DNA of 61,664 nt, the filler included, from Dugesia japonica (Eukaryota), in assembly GCA_001938525.1 (NCBI GenBank). It is 6 parts of 6 records of this genome, joined end to end, with 100 filler letters (N's around TTAATTAATTAA, not from the genome) between each part and the next. Parts side by side here need not be neighbours in the genome. Positions count along the whole stretch, not along the records: positions 21,132 to 29,952 come from MQRL01639214.1; positions 30,053 to 39,089 come from MQRL01163310.1; 4 more parts are not named here. One strand, 5' to 3'. Below the pieces are notes generated by a model. It did no database searches. It was not told the origin of the DNA and was given only the letters and a program-made list of their open reading frames with translations. The translations under genes were made by a program, and so were the position numbers. Numbering within the stretch: position 1 is the stretch's first letter; every line of letters starts with the position of its first letter. This document shows, one piece after another, positions 22,430 through 36,635 of this stretch.

Positions 22430-25400
22430 TCTCAAACAAACTATATACAAACTGTATAATAGTTTTCCATGTCTAAAAAGGAAAATAATTTAGTGCATTT
22501 TAGTATTTCTGCTTTTTGAATTTCTAAGGTTTTCTATGAATTAGGCCTAAATCCGTCTTTGGTAACTATATGGCTCCAAAATAATAAATCATTTTGATAT
22601 AGTTTACATTTATTTTGTTTGATTTTGAGACTAGATGTCTGAATTCTTTGAAATATAGTTTTGAGTATTTTATCATGTTCTGATCAACGTTTTGCAAATA
22701 TTAAAATGTTGTCAATATATACCAGTACACCTTTAAATAAAATCCCATCCAAAATTGTATGCATCAATTTCAGAATTGTAACTGGAGCAGTTGATAACCC
22801 AAATGGCATACGATTATAACAATATTTGCCCTTCTTTGTTAAAAATACTGTTTTAATTTTGTACAATATCCTTTCAATAGACTTTATCTAAATTGATGGA
22901 ATATTTCTAAATATGCTGTTCACTCTCTGCTGTTTTTAGAATCATTGAATTCTTCAGCAATTAGAACTGCTTTATCTATTTCATTATTCCTTAGTTTTTA
23001 ACAGTTTGAAATAAATTTTTTGTAACTTGCAGATGGCACTTCTGAGTAAATCAATTAATTTTTTGTGATACACCAAAATTTACATCGTTCTACCCAGAAT
23101 TTTCAGCCACTTTCCGATTTTCATTGGGCTTAATTTATGGTTTTAAAGCAAGTGATTTTCTTACCTCTTCGAAACTAAGTCTTTTCTTTATTATTTGTGG
23201 AGCAATTTCCACCACAGTTAATCCTGATTTAAATATTTTTTCAAATGATCTTAAAACTCCACATTCAAAATTTTCAAAACGTTCATTTTATTTTTGTCTA
23301 CTTCCACTACATTCTTCAATAATTCGGAGAAAAGACGTTTCTTTTGTAAAATTTTCCTTAAAATCCTTCACTAGTCATTCATCGTTGACATTATGCCGAC
23401 TTTTAAATGCTTGTCATAGGCAATATTCCCTCTAATTTTTTGAAGGGTGTGCGCGCAACTTTCATTGACAGTGCAATTTTTAAAACCAATAAAAATTTTG
23501 TGCGCTATATACCATATCGAAAACCACACAAAAAATTAACTTTTATTAATAACAAATTTAACAAAACAATAGCAATTAATTTATTACATACAACATATAA
23601 ATTATAAATATTATACATAATTAGCATACAGTTTTCTTTTTCAATGCTTTAATAATATCTTTTAAATTTACCCAGTCTGAATAAATATTATTAATATCAA
23701 TTNTTCCTCCGTCTTGAAGGTAGATTTTAATCCGCATCAGCATTTCCAAATGGTCTTGTAGACGATTCCTTAATTTAGTTTTCAAATTATTCATCAGTCT
23801 GAAACCACGTTTACAATCTGCATTGGAAGCTAAAAATATTTCCCCAATATCCATCACTTTTGCCAACTCTGTAAATTGATTATTCTGAAATGCTAAAATC
23901 ACCATTTCAGAAAACCTGTTTATTAATTTGCCTTTGACTTTTTTCGAAACTAAGAATTTAAAGTAATTTTACTGTTGAATAACGACTTCTTCCTCCTGAA
24001 GAAATTGGTTGTATTTTTTAACAAAGTGAACGTATGTGTTCAACCCCAAATTCATAATCACAATGTGTTATTTCGATCAAGTCAAATGCAGCCCATTCTT
24101 CCATTTCATTGTCAGGGAATCTTTCCTCCAAGTGCAAACACAGTATATTAATATAGGTGTATATCTAATCTGCATTCACTAAAATCTTTTCAGAGGTTTT
24201 GCCAAGGAGACTTTTAGCTTTTTCACTGCATTTAATTGTGCTGTCAAAATACTGCTTTCGATTTTTTTTCATTTTACTGTGTCCTAAACGACATGCCCCC
24301 AGTGGTGTCAATTCTTGCTTTTGAAATACCATTGTTAAAAAAGCCAGTTCAAATAATCGATTATTGAGTTTTCTATAACAAATCATTGAAATAGGATCAT
24401 TAATATCATTTTCACTCTCTTTCGTAAAGTATTTAAATAAAATTTCATAATTGTGAANNNNNNNTTGAAGTGCAAAATTTTTAGCTAACCAACTCACCTC
24501 ATTTTAAGGTTTAAAAGCAACTGATTCGCATTCTGAAATCTTTGCCAATTTATTGAATTGTGCTCTTTTAGTGCAAGATCGACTAAATATTGTATAGACT
24601 GTTCTCACGAAAGTTTCAATTTCTTTCACCAACTTGACTTCTTTCCATGATTCAGCAATCTCTAAATCTTCACGATGGGCAACACAATGTTGCATCTTTC
24701 TTCAACAGAGCTGCAACACCATTTAATTAGCCCAACGTAACAGAAACACCGCCTGAAGCAAACATAACCATTTTATTGAGATACAAATTATGTTTTTTTG
24801 TAAAATCCTTTAATGTCATAGACTATTGATGTAACATCACATGCATCTAATTTGATCATTTCACCAAAGGAAGTTTTATACTGAAATGAATTTGCATGTC
24901 TACATTTGAAATAAAGTATCAAATATTTATTAACAGAAATATCTGTGCTTCATTCAATAGTTAATGTATTGCTGATGCAATTCTTACCATAAGATCATAT
25001 TGAATATTGGTGTTCATTATTTCTAGAAATTCAAATGCTTGATTTTTGCTTCTTCAGCTGTTGCTTGTAGTCTCGTATTTAGCCATGTGTTCAGTAATAT
25101 CCTTTAGAGAATGCAGGGAAATATTTATTTTTATAGCTAGCAAGGCACAATCTATTATAATTTTAATTTCCTCGGGTGTAGAATGCTTTCGTTCATTGAT
25201 AATCTTGCTTTTTTGCTTTTTGGTGGAGATTTCAAGAAATATATTAACCAATACACCTTTAAAGTTTGGATTCTTACTCCTAAGTTTGATAACGCTTTCC
25301 AAATGAGACTTGTTAGATAAATGGCATTTCAAAAAATCAAGTTTCCATACACCATTCCAAAATTTTCCTATAGTTTTTGCATCTCTGCAGTAAAAACAAA

Positions 25401-26490
25401 CTAGTTTATTATCTTCACAATTAAATATTTCTGATAGTGGAACAAGTAATTGGTTTTGAGACTTTGGGGTTTCCGTTTCTTTAATTCCATTAAGCCATTC
25501 AGGATTAAAAGCTGTCCCTGTTCTTCTGAGTATTGTATCATTCATAAATATTGCTTTTTGGTTTTCCATGGCTTAAAAATAGTTAAAATTTATAAAAGTT
25601 TATTTAAAATTATACATTGAAAAAATATATACACATAATTACACATTAAAAAGTAAAATTTTGATATAAAATTATTACAAATTATGAATTCAAATATTTA
25701 TTTACCGATTTATTCTTATTTAGCAATATTATATTTATTGATATATCAAATTAACCCAATTATTCACTTGGTTTTCTTTGCTGTTCATTTTGAATCTTAA
25801 ACATTCGAATGAAAATATTATGAATCCAACTACATAATGGAACAGATGAAGTCTTAAAACATTTTTATCTGTATCAAAAAATATGTATGAAATCTTTAAA
25901 TTTTGTTTTAAATGTTTATATTGAAGTAAACTATAATAATCAAGAAACTAAACTTTTTTAAAATAATCATAAAACAATGTATTAAACCAAATTTAAACAT
26001 TTCAATTTAAAATTACAAATTGCTTTGAAGTTTGGAAAAATTAAAATATAGATTTTATAGTTTTATGCGGTCTGTTGAAATAATGTTTGTGTTATCTCAA
26101 CGAGTTGTGTGAGCGCACACATTATATGGAACACCGGTTACAGGTCTTTTGCATCACCACCTAATAGGAAATCAAAAGTTGATAAAAAAATCAAAACTGT
26201 TTGATTCTGCAATGATTTCAATTTCACTAAACCATTTTGCTGGATCTTCCTCATAACTCCCAGAGAATTTCATAATTTTAGTGGTTAGTAATTCTCTAGA
26301 CTCGTTATGCAAAGCTTCATAGATCCTTTTTGCTTTGGTTTCTAGTTTTGAGTAATTGGGTTCAGCTGGGCTGGATCACTAGGTTAATCAAAAATCTTAA
26401 ATTTCATTAAAATCTTTTAAAGTTCTAATATTAAAAATGACACTTAAAACACAATATTCAAACAAATATATAGATTTTAAAATATGCAAC
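22430..26490 (-). mobile_element. Gypsy element (LTR fragment 26385-26490, gag, RT) interrupted by a hAT insertion
   Basis: LTR piece homologous to 21771-21880; gag FSGSYEEDPAKWFSEIE..LGGDAKDL continues across the hAT; RT MPFGLSTAP, VYIDN. Confidence 0.8.
23421..26136 (-). mobile_element. hAT transposon (ZNF862/Tip100-like), full-length but pseudogenised
   Basis: TIRs CAATATTCCCTCTAA / CGGTGTTCCATATAA; TSD GTCATAGG vs GTTACAGG; transposase CFYC..WKLDFLKCHL, HCVAHR, SNADCKRGF. Confidence 0.85.
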
Positions 26491-26889
26491 TGACAGAATT
26501 AGAAGTGCGTATATTAATATGAATGTAAAATGTACTAATTAATGTACATATTATTTTAACTCTCGAGTACGGTCGCTTTGGTATTAAACATTTGGAGTGT
26601 TTTATATCTGTTATATCCCACTCAATATTAGCTGCATTTTTAGGTATTTATTTTATATTGAATGTAATTTGGGTATGATTTAATTTATTCCGTTGGGGAA
26701 GGAAGTACAATTGGTGAAGCATTCCTATTGCCAAAATAAGGAAAAATGGGATCTTCTAAAAACTACGCTCCGGGCCGTAATTTTAAATAGTGTAATTTAA
26801 GAATATAAATTTTTTTTACCGAAAATGAAAGAGGCACCAATGATGCAATTCGTCCCCGGGTACGCAATGTCCTTCGAACGCCACTGTAT

Positions 26890-26985
26890 TAGAATAAGAA
26901 TAAAATAAGATGCAAAAAAATAACGGGAGTTAAAAAATAATCACCTTCAAAGCTATTTAAACGAATTTATGTGGAGAGATAATTT
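26890..26985 (+). mobile_element. Merlin transposase C-terminal scrap
   Basis: HLQSYLNEFMWR motif. Confidence 0.65.
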
Positions 26986-27779
26986 AGATGTGGATAACTT
27001 GATTAATCTCTACGTTGATAAACGATTATTGGAAACTTAGTTAAATTTTATGTTTATGTTTTCGAATTTTTTACTTTATTTTTTCGCTTGTTTTAGTTTT
27101 ATACTTAATTTAATATTCTTTTATTAAAATACTTGTTTTTTAGTTTTATTAGGTATTTTCAGAAAAGCGTAACTTTTTTAATAATTAGAAATTTAATTAA
27201 TTAAGTTTTTTTTTATTTTAAATGATCAAATGTAATTCATTAGATTATTTAATTAAATAAAATTAATTTATTTTAAAAATTCCTAAGAGTAATTAAACAG
27301 GCACCGAAACGAAATAACAGTTTCGATTTGGCTCATGTCTTCATCTCTTTCAAAGCCAATCCTTTAAGTTATTATTAAAAGTAGTTATAATATCAATTTT
27401 TTATCAAATTATTTTTTAAGTTTATTTATTTTCATTTTTTTAAAATTAAATTTTAGATCAGTCGAATAAAAACGATATCTTAAGAGAAGAATTAGGAAGA
27501 ATAGATAACACAATAAAGGAACACATTCGGAAAGCGCAATTTAGTGATACTTTAAGAAACATGGGAGTTAAACAAAATGTTGCCAGAAAATGATATTTGT
27601 CAAAAGAATTTGCTTTTTGTATTAAATAAAAAACTATTTATTACAAGTTGTAGAGATTTATTTTTATTAAATTGGATTTGGTAGATTTTATGAAATAATA
27701 TTTTAATTTAATTATGTTATGAATTTGTGTTATGAATTTCTGGCTAAATATATTGGCATTGTTATTATTTTGCATTTAC

Positions 27780-29880
27780 GATAAAGGTAGAAGTAAAATT
27801 CGAGAATAAAAGCGAAACAGTTTAATTCATTGTGTCGAAACAGATACATCCAGATCTAACAGGTGGAATAGAATTACAGAAACAGTATGGATTCCAAGTA
27901 CTGAGAGAGATTAAATGTGAGGATGATTTAATGTATATTTGTAATATAGAAGCAAAGTATAGACGCAATACAACAGATGAAGAGAGAGTACAGAGAGCAA
28001 TAAAAATATTGATTAACNNNNNNNNNNNNNNNNNNNNNNNNNNNNNNNNNNNNNNNNNNNNNNNNNNGAGATTTATTTTTATTAAATTGGATTTGGTAGA
28101 TTTTATGAAATAATATTTTAATTTAATTATGTTATGAATTTGTGTTATGAATTTCTGGCTAAATATATTGGCATTGTTATTATTTTGCATTTACGATAAA
28201 GGTAGAAGTAAAATTCGAGAATNAANGCGAAACAGTTTAATTCATTGTGTCGAAACAGATACATCCAGATCTAACAGGTGGAATAGAATTACAGAAACAG
28301 TATGGATTCCAAGTACTGAGAGAGATTAAATGTGAGGATGATTTAATGTATATTTGTAATATAGAAGCAAAGTATAGACGCAATACAACAGATGAAGAGA
28401 GAGTACAGAGAGCAATAAAAATATTGATTAACAACCCAAATGAGAACTTAGAGAAAGTTATAATGATTTATAAAGGAGTATTCGTGGTATACAACTGGTA
28501 TATCGGTACAACAACTATGCCAGAACATCAAATAATCACAAATGGAGAACCAATAAATACCAAATTATTGAGACAACCAATGGATTTAAAGAATAAGATG
28601 GACGAAGCTATTAAGAATTTGTTTAGCAATGGCATTTTTAGGAAGTGTAATTTTCAATCGAACGCTCCGTTAATATTTGTTTGGAAAAAAGAAAAGAAAG
28701 ACGTTAGATTATGTTTAGATTTTAGAAAACTTAATGCAATCACAGAAAGATTGGCATTTCCGATGCCCAATGTAGAGGAAATACTAGATAATTTTGGTGG
28801 TGCAAGATAATTTAGTGCTATTGATTTGGATAATGCATACCATCAAGTTCCGTTACATAAAGATTCAAAAGAGAAAATAGCATTTTCTATGAAAAATGGA
28901 CTGTATTGTTTCACAAGAATGCCTTTTTGTATAGCTGCAGCACCTGCAACGTTTCAAGAATTAATGACAAAAGTATTAGGAAGATTAAGAGGAACGTCGG
29001 TATACATGGATGATATATTACTATTTTCAGAAAATTTAGAGCAGCACTATGGAATTTTAGACCAGGTTTTTAAAGGAATTCAAGAATCAGAATTGAGAAT
29101 TAATCCGGAAAAATGTCATTTATTGCGAGCAGAAGTCGAATTTTTCATAGACAAGAATAGAGTTCGAACTGATCCAATAAAATTGCAGAGATAGAAAATT
29201 TCGGAAGACCTAAATGTGTGAAGAATTTGAGAAGCTATTGATAAGAAAATATAAGCTTTTTGGGAATTTGCAATTATTATAGACGGTTTTTCAAAATTAC
29301 TCAAAGAAAACTAGAAGCTTGGAAGAGTTATGTGGAAGTAATAATACAATACTGGTGTGGTCTGAAAATTGTGATAAATCTTTTAATGAAATGAAAGAGG
29401 CATTAACAAAAGAACCGATATTGAGTTTTCCAGATATCATAAAGATGTTTGTACTAGATACAGATGCGAGTTTTGATGCCATTGGAACAGTTTTATCGCA
29501 AATAGATGAAAAAGGTTTAGAACAAGTCATTGCATATAAGTCACATGCAATATCAGCTCATGAAAAAGAATATTGTTTAACAAGAAAAGAATTTATGGAT
29601 ATTTACTATTTTTGTAACCATTTTAAACATGATTTGTATGGAAAAATATTTTTGGTGAGAACAGATCACAAGGCGATAGCATTTACGAAAAAGACAAACA
29701 AGCCAATTACTCTGCAATTTCAGACTTAGATGAATTTTCTTAGTAGCCTAGATATGATATTAGAATTTAGACAAGGTGCGAAACACAGGAATGCAGATAT
29801 GGGGTCGAGAATGAATTGTGGTACGTGTGTACTATGCTTAACAGATCATGAGAATCCAAAGGAAGGTAAAATAAAGAAAA
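27780..29880 (+). mobile_element. Gypsy pol (protease end, RT, RNase H), degenerate
   Basis: RLCLDFRKLN, YMDDILL, LDTDASFDAIG, RTDHKA, NADMGSR. Confidence 0.95.
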
Positions 29881-31918
29881 GAACAACTAATTCTACATCT
29901 TATATTATGCAAAATTTCGAAATTATAAAAATTATTTTGTAAACTTATAATANNNNNNNNNNNNNNNNNNNNNNNNNNNNNNNNNNNNNNNNNNNNTTAA
30001 TTAATTAANNNNNNNNNNNNNNNNNNNNNNNNNNNNNNNNNNNNNNNNNNNNCAGTATTTTTTTTATCAAAAATTAACTGTACGTAAACCTTTGAATCGT
30101 AATGTAAATTTTGATATGGTAACCAATTTTTTTTTTTTCTAATTTTTCTTACAAATTTTTCAAAATTATTCAAGTATATACAAAACTTGGTAACATTTGC
30201 ATTACAAGAAATACAACAAAACAAGAATTATATGGTAGTATATGCACATGAATTGAATCAATTTGATCTAGTAATCTAACAGTTATAACTTATAAACTAG
30301 AAAATTAACAATAATAAAATAAAATCATGAAACATTGAGCAGGATAACTTCAATATAAACGCAATTATTTAGTGTAGTGAATGCTTTTGAAAATTAATAT
30401 TTAAATCTGTTTAAGGATATTTAGATATTTAGTCGTTTTAACGCACAATTTGTAAACATATTGTTAAAAGTTTTTAAATATCGCACTGGTGATATATTAT
30501 AAATTATGTAGAATAAAATTCAAGGATTTACTTTGGTTCATAGAATTTGGATTAAACTTTACAAATAAATTGTTCGCAAATACATAATAAATATTGAAAA
30601 ATTAAATGAATAAAATNNNNNNNNNNNNNNNNNNNNNNNNNNNNNNNNNNNNNNNNNNNNNNNNNNNNNNNNNNNNNNNNNNNNNNNNNNNNNNNNNNNN
30701 NNNNNNNNNNNNNNNNNNNNNNNNNNNNNNNNNNNNNNNNNNNNNNNNNNNNNNNNNNNNNNNNNNNNNNNNNNNNNNNNNNNNNNNNNNNNNNNNNNNN
30801 NNNNNNNNNNNNNCTCAACGTAAATATTAATTATGAACATATATTAAAATTTTAATTTAAATAAATTTTAATTAATAACACTATTAGTTACTATCCAAGT
30901 TTTGCGTAAACATTAATGAAGGGAGGGGGCTGTTTGAAATTAAGCGTATTGGTGCATACAAAGGGGAAATGAATAATTTATCTTAGTTTTAGTATTTTTT
31001 TTTTACATTTACATTTAGATTTACATTTTTACCTGTTTCTACTTTTCAAAAATTACCAAATTTTTCATGGTGTTCTCGAAACTGTTTAATACAAATAGAA
31101 AAAATTCCGCAAAGTAAATTTTAAATGCATGAATAAACCTTTTAAACAAATGATTGTTGGGTGTTGAAATCCTCATTTATACGTCGCATGGTAGGTTAAA
31201 AAAATGTACGAGATGCAACAAGAAAAATGAAAATTACTTTTTAGATAAGCAATACATGAACTACTTTTGGAGATCTACGAATTGAAATTTTATCTTCTAA
31301 ACACTACATTTGTAGAAATCTAATAAAAGTTTCAACAAGAACATAGATCCGATTTCTTACAGTTAAGTTCAGTAAAACATTTTCGGTAAAATACTCTAAA
31401 CTTCAGGTCAAATGTAAAGTCCTATAATTTGAAAATACCTAGCAGAAATAATTAAGAGAAAAATCTAGATTTTTAGGAGAAATTAAAATTCTGCATGGCA
31501 CTATTTAACTTACAAGTGTCATGAAGTTAGGAATTTCGTCAATTTGTTATAATCGCCCTGATGTATTACTTTGTGAGAAGATTCTAATATTATTAAAAAT
31601 GGATTACATCACAATAAAAAATTAAATCAAAAATTATTGTACGCCAAACTATTTAAGAAACTAATTTGTGAGGGAAGAAACAGGGCATATGTAGCGTTCA
31701 ATTTGTCATTACTAACTAATATTATATAAGAATTTAATTAATTCTTTAAATTGTATGTATTTTGCGATTTTTAAATTCAATTATTTCATTAAATAATAAT
31801 TATAAGTTTAACAATTTTTAAACAATTTCCTAACATAATATAACAGTAGTTCTCAACCTTTTTAGATAACGCACACTAATAATGAAAATAGGAAATGAAG
31901 TAATTTTTTAAATCTTAA

Positions 31919-34315
31919 CCCTTTCATTACTCTCAAATCGAGTTTGCTAAAACCTGACTTTTTAAAGCCCGATGGTTTTCTCGGGTTTTCGGGCTTGATA
32001 AAAAAATAAAATCTTTTTACAATATATATAATTATTATATCATATTATATGAAAATTTTTATTCAAATTTTTTGTTAAGGAAATAGTATTTTAAGAATAT
32101 GCAAAGATTTATCTGACAATCTGGAAGGCAATTGTGTAAAGAAGTTATTAGCAAAAGAAAATGATTTTTCTGCGTTGAATGATGATGTTTTGATCATGTT
32201 AATATTAGGGTGTCCCAAAAGTTTATTTTCATTTTTTTGAAAGTGTAATATTTAAAGTGAAATTGCTTAAATAGTTTAATAAATTAAACTTATTTAGTCT
32301 TATTTTTAAACGACATATAAAAAGTAAAATGCTATAAATAAAAAATATTGATTTAATATTTTTTTGTTAGTATTCCAGAATAATATGAAAATTGGTCAAA
32401 AATATACTATTCGTATACTATTACTCCATTATTGGAAAAGGGATTCAGTGCCAGAGCCGCAGCAGTTGACATATGTGAAGTTGAAGGAGCCAAATTCGTG
32501 AGTAAAAGCGCAGCCATCAAATGATTTAAAATTTTCAATTCTGGTAATACAGATCTTAATGATGAGCCACGTTATGGAGGACCCTCAACAGAATTCTACG
32601 GGGGGATCCCTGTACCAGTGTCCGAAGGCTTTCAGATAAACTTCAAATTCCGAAATTTTCAGTACACCGCAAACTTCTATCTCATAACAAGAAAAATAGG
32701 AGATGCAAAATTGTACCTCATGATCTGACTCCCGAACAAGTGGAAAAACGTGTGAAAATATGTGAACTCCTTCTCTACACAAATGATCAACTATTTATGA
32801 AAACCATAGTTACTTGCGTGAGAAATGGGTGTACTTCCAGAATCCAGACTTGCGAAATCAGTGGTTAAGCCCTTCTTATACCAGTTGCTAAGCACTACCA
32901 ATTTGAACACAAGGTTTTGTTGTGTATTTGGTGGAATTACGAGGGCCCCATACACTTTGAGTTGGTTCCAAATGGACGTGCAATAACATCCCAGTTTTAT
33001 GTTGAGCAGCTGCAACGTATGTATGAAATCCCTGTAACCAAATACCCAGCTCTAATAAACAGAAAACGTGTTTTGTTACAACAGGGCAATGCTCGTCGAC
33101 ATGTTGCTTGGCAAACCAAAAATAAGATAGCGAAACTAGAAAGGATTGAGCTGCTATCACACCCAGCATATATTCCGGACCTTGCACCCTCAGAATATTA
33201 CCTCTTTCGTCCCATGGCTCATTACTTGCAAGGGAAAAGTTTACAGAATGTGTAAGACGTGAGAACCGGTNTCACNGAATTTTTTGCATCAAAGTCCANA
33301 AAGTGGTACATGAATGGTATCAAAGAATTAAGTGGGAGATGGTTAAAGACAATTCAACATTAATTGCTTTAATAATATCTTTTAATAATCGATTCAAATT
33401 TTAAGTCATTGTTTTTGCTTAAATAAAATTCTTGTCGCAATTTTATATAACTATCAACTTTAGAGAAATATTGAGAACAATATGCTTTTAAACGAGTTTC
33501 TAATTCCCTTCAAATGAAAGATTTTCGTTGATGTCCGTCACTGTATTTTCAATATAAATTTTATAAAATATATAAATAAAGTCAAATAAAAAATAGCAAT
33601 AAATATATAATTAAAGTCATTCTAATAACTTGAATAAATCAAAAAGTAAATCTCCGAAGAAGATTATCGTCGAAAATTAAAATTACTAACTAAAGAAACA
33701 AAAAAACAAATTTTTGATCTAAGTTTTAATTAATTGAAACTTTCTAAAATGCGATCAATGGTTAAGTCCAACAATTATTTGGACAATAATTATAATTGTA
33801 AAAATTGCTTTTAACTACTTTTATATTTACAAATTAAAAAATTGGAAAACATTAGCAAACTACCGTACCGCAGCACGTGTTGCCTGACACTGATTTATAC
33901 GATAGTTTTAGCAAAAATTATTAGAATAAATTGTTCGTAGCTAAAAACCATAATGTTAAAACCATTAAATTTAACCAAAGAGTTTTAAAATATAAACTAG
34001 AGCCCATCGAGCTTTAATTTCATGTTTCAGTTACCCTAAAATCATATAAACTCGTTGGGCTGGAGTCTTTTCTGTTTCAAACACTACACTCCATGCCAAA
34101 TGGTGTCAGTGAATATTTTTTTGTTTTTGTTCAAGAATTCAAAATAATATGCTCATTATTTTGTTTGCGCAATTGGTAAAGTCAAGACAAACACACAACA
34201 TGAATAAAACCTGATGTTTTATTTATTTAAGGTGATATTTCCGGTTCAAAAACTATAACTTTGTTTATAATAAAGTAATTTTTCCCCAATAGAATTTAAT
34301 TTGGTAATGAAAGGG
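31919..34315. mobile_element. piggyBac-type element, internally deleted
   Basis: TIR CCCTTTCATTAC / GTAATGAAAGGG, both flanked by TTAA. Confidence 0.88.
32204..33363 (+). mobile_element. mariner transposase pseudogene
   Basis: Left end TATTAGGGTGTCCC; LCIWWN, QQGNARRH, HPAYIPDLAPSEYYLF, FFASK, RW motifs. Confidence 0.93.
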
Positions 34316-34439
34316 TTAATAGTATTGTCGGTAATGATTTAGTATTGGTTTGCAATATTTTCCCCTGAAGATGTAAAAAAATACAAGTTTTGTAGTTCAA
34401 TACAATTATTTAATAACAAAAAGACTTTATTAATAATCC

Positions 34440-34712
34440 ATTAATTCCCATAATTCTGTCAACTCATTAAAACGTGATTTCGTAAAAGTATGGAACGAAA
34501 TCGACGAGGAAACAGTGTGCACCGAGATAGACCAATTTCCTAGAAGCCTTTAAACCTGTATCGAAGCAAAAGGAGGAAGTTTTGAAAATGAGTTTGATTA
34601 AATAAAATTTTACTCATTTTTTTATGTTTATACTATTTTAGTTTTCTATTCCCAGTTATTATTCACCTTTAAATATGTAATTACAAAGTGCAATGACTTT
34701 TTGCGCACCCTG
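34440..34712 (+). mobile_element. Tc1-like 3' fragment
   Basis: VWNEIDEETV..CIEAKGGSFE and right TIR ending CACCCTG-TA. Confidence 0.8.
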
Positions 34713-36369
34713 TAACAAAAAACAACAAAAATTTATTATGAAAAAAAATAAAAAATATATATGAAAATCAATGTGAGATTGATGTTGGCTTGATATTTTT
34801 TACATATTTCTGCAATATAAGATCGAGTACTTGAAATATATACTCTCAACTCATTTTCAAACGACATAGATATTTCCTTTTCTTTGTTCTACTATTGATG
34901 AACACAAAGAATCTTGACTCGCACAAAAATAAGAAGTAAAAAAACTAATAAAATTTTTATATTCCTTTCTTATTGGTATTATAAACGTTTTAATTTCGAT
35001 GTATGATCATTAATAATACTCATTAATTATTTTTGGTCTGTAAGACTAATTATTTTATCATGTGTACATTCAATTTCTTGTCTAATCATAGGGTCCAGTC
35101 GATATTTCTGAGAAATAATAATTTATAATAATAATTCATTCTTCTAAAAGCGCCAGGTTATCACAAAAAAACCGAAAATGAAAGTAGTAAAATGTCAGAA
35201 GCTTTCATATACCGGAAAATCAGTTTCATTTTATGAAATACTTAAATTTTTTTCAAAAAATATTTTAAAATGGGTAGAGTAGATAAATAAAAAAAATTAA
35301 TTTATAATGATTTCAAAAATTAAAAAGTGGAATTTGTGTATTTTTGTTTAGGCTGAAAAAATATTTAAATCAAAATTCTAAACGTTTTTTAAAATAATAA
35401 TAAAAAATCAAATAAAAATTTCAATATTTAATATGAAATTAGGAAAAGAATCAAAAGCTCGCGGCAGTCTGGTTGAGAATCACTGTAATATAACATAATA
35501 ATTACATTTAGTTTTCCAATTCTAACGTATAAGTGAAAAATATAAATAAATTTTGCAATTAACATTGATCAAGAAATTTATTGTACACATCAAAATTATA
35601 AAAATTAATAATTTAAATAAGCAAAGCAAACTTGAATGTTTTAACATTTTAATAGGATCTGAGACTCACATGTAAAATATTTAAATACATAAGCAATCAA
35701 AACAAAAGTAAAAATAAATCAAAATTACCCAGATTGAAATAGAATAGAATAAAAGTGATATTTAATAAATTTTCTTATTTGAAAAAATTGTATTGTCAAG
35801 AAATGCGTACCATTATCATAATTTATAAACCAATTCATTACAACATACCTAGGTTTAGCTTTCGTTATAACCGAAAACATATTTTCAGACTTTACGTATT
35901 TAACATTTTTCGGTCTAAAAGTGTTTTATTTATAGTTGACAGATTGAAGGATATTACAATGTTGAGATAACAAATTAAATTTATATAAACTGTGAATTGA
36001 AGTAAAGTGCATTATTTCATTTAGATCATTATCACGAGTCTAACACGTGATTGATTCACAAGGTATTTTTTGCATTATACGAGCCACACAAACCAAATTT
36101 AATTTTACACGAGACAGACTCGTGATTATTACACAAAGGGTTCACGATTCTATGACAAAATTGAAATGATAAAGACATAATTCATCGCATACTTTTATTA
36201 CTGGGCTAGTGGCATAGAAAATCAACTTTGTTTTCAATCAACTTTATGATAAATTATCTATATAAATAATTAGAAATTTTTGTTGTTGAATGCCAGCCAA
36301 AATATGTTAAGTTTATCATAATCAATCTAATTCCATTTTTATAGAAAAAATCTATCTGAAAATAGACCA

Positions 36370-36635
36370 ATAATTCTATATAAACTGATTAAATTTGTCT
36401 TCCATTTGTGCACTTTCTTGCACAGAAGTTATAATAAAGTGATGATATTCATTATATTTCTTTTTTTAGGCGTCTGATCGACCTGTTCTGGCCATAAAAA
36501 TGTTATTATGTGGTAAACTAGATTCCTCTGAAGTCTGTTGAGTAGAAATCAAACACTTGGATGACTGCAGTGAAATAAGGAATTAAGTGCATCTTGAAAT
36601 CCTTCACAACTATATATAGTATCAGACAATCGTTG
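36370..36635 (-). mobile_element. MULE transposase C-terminal remnant
   Basis: SCEGFQDALNSLFHCSHPSV*FLL resembles the MULE TNN..EG.H..LN...HP.IW motif. Confidence 0.6.

Larger units (their letters stand above)
31844..35485. mobile_element. Non-autonomous hAT (Charlie/Buster-type TIRs) containing nested elements
   Basis: TIRs CAGTAGTTCTCAACC / CAGTGATTCTCAACC; perfect 8-bp TSD TAATATAA. Confidence 0.88.

Noticed and set aside
27653-28432. ~365-bp exact direct duplication across an N gap
   Set aside because: Identical copies either side of a short gap are typical of unmerged overlapping contig ends
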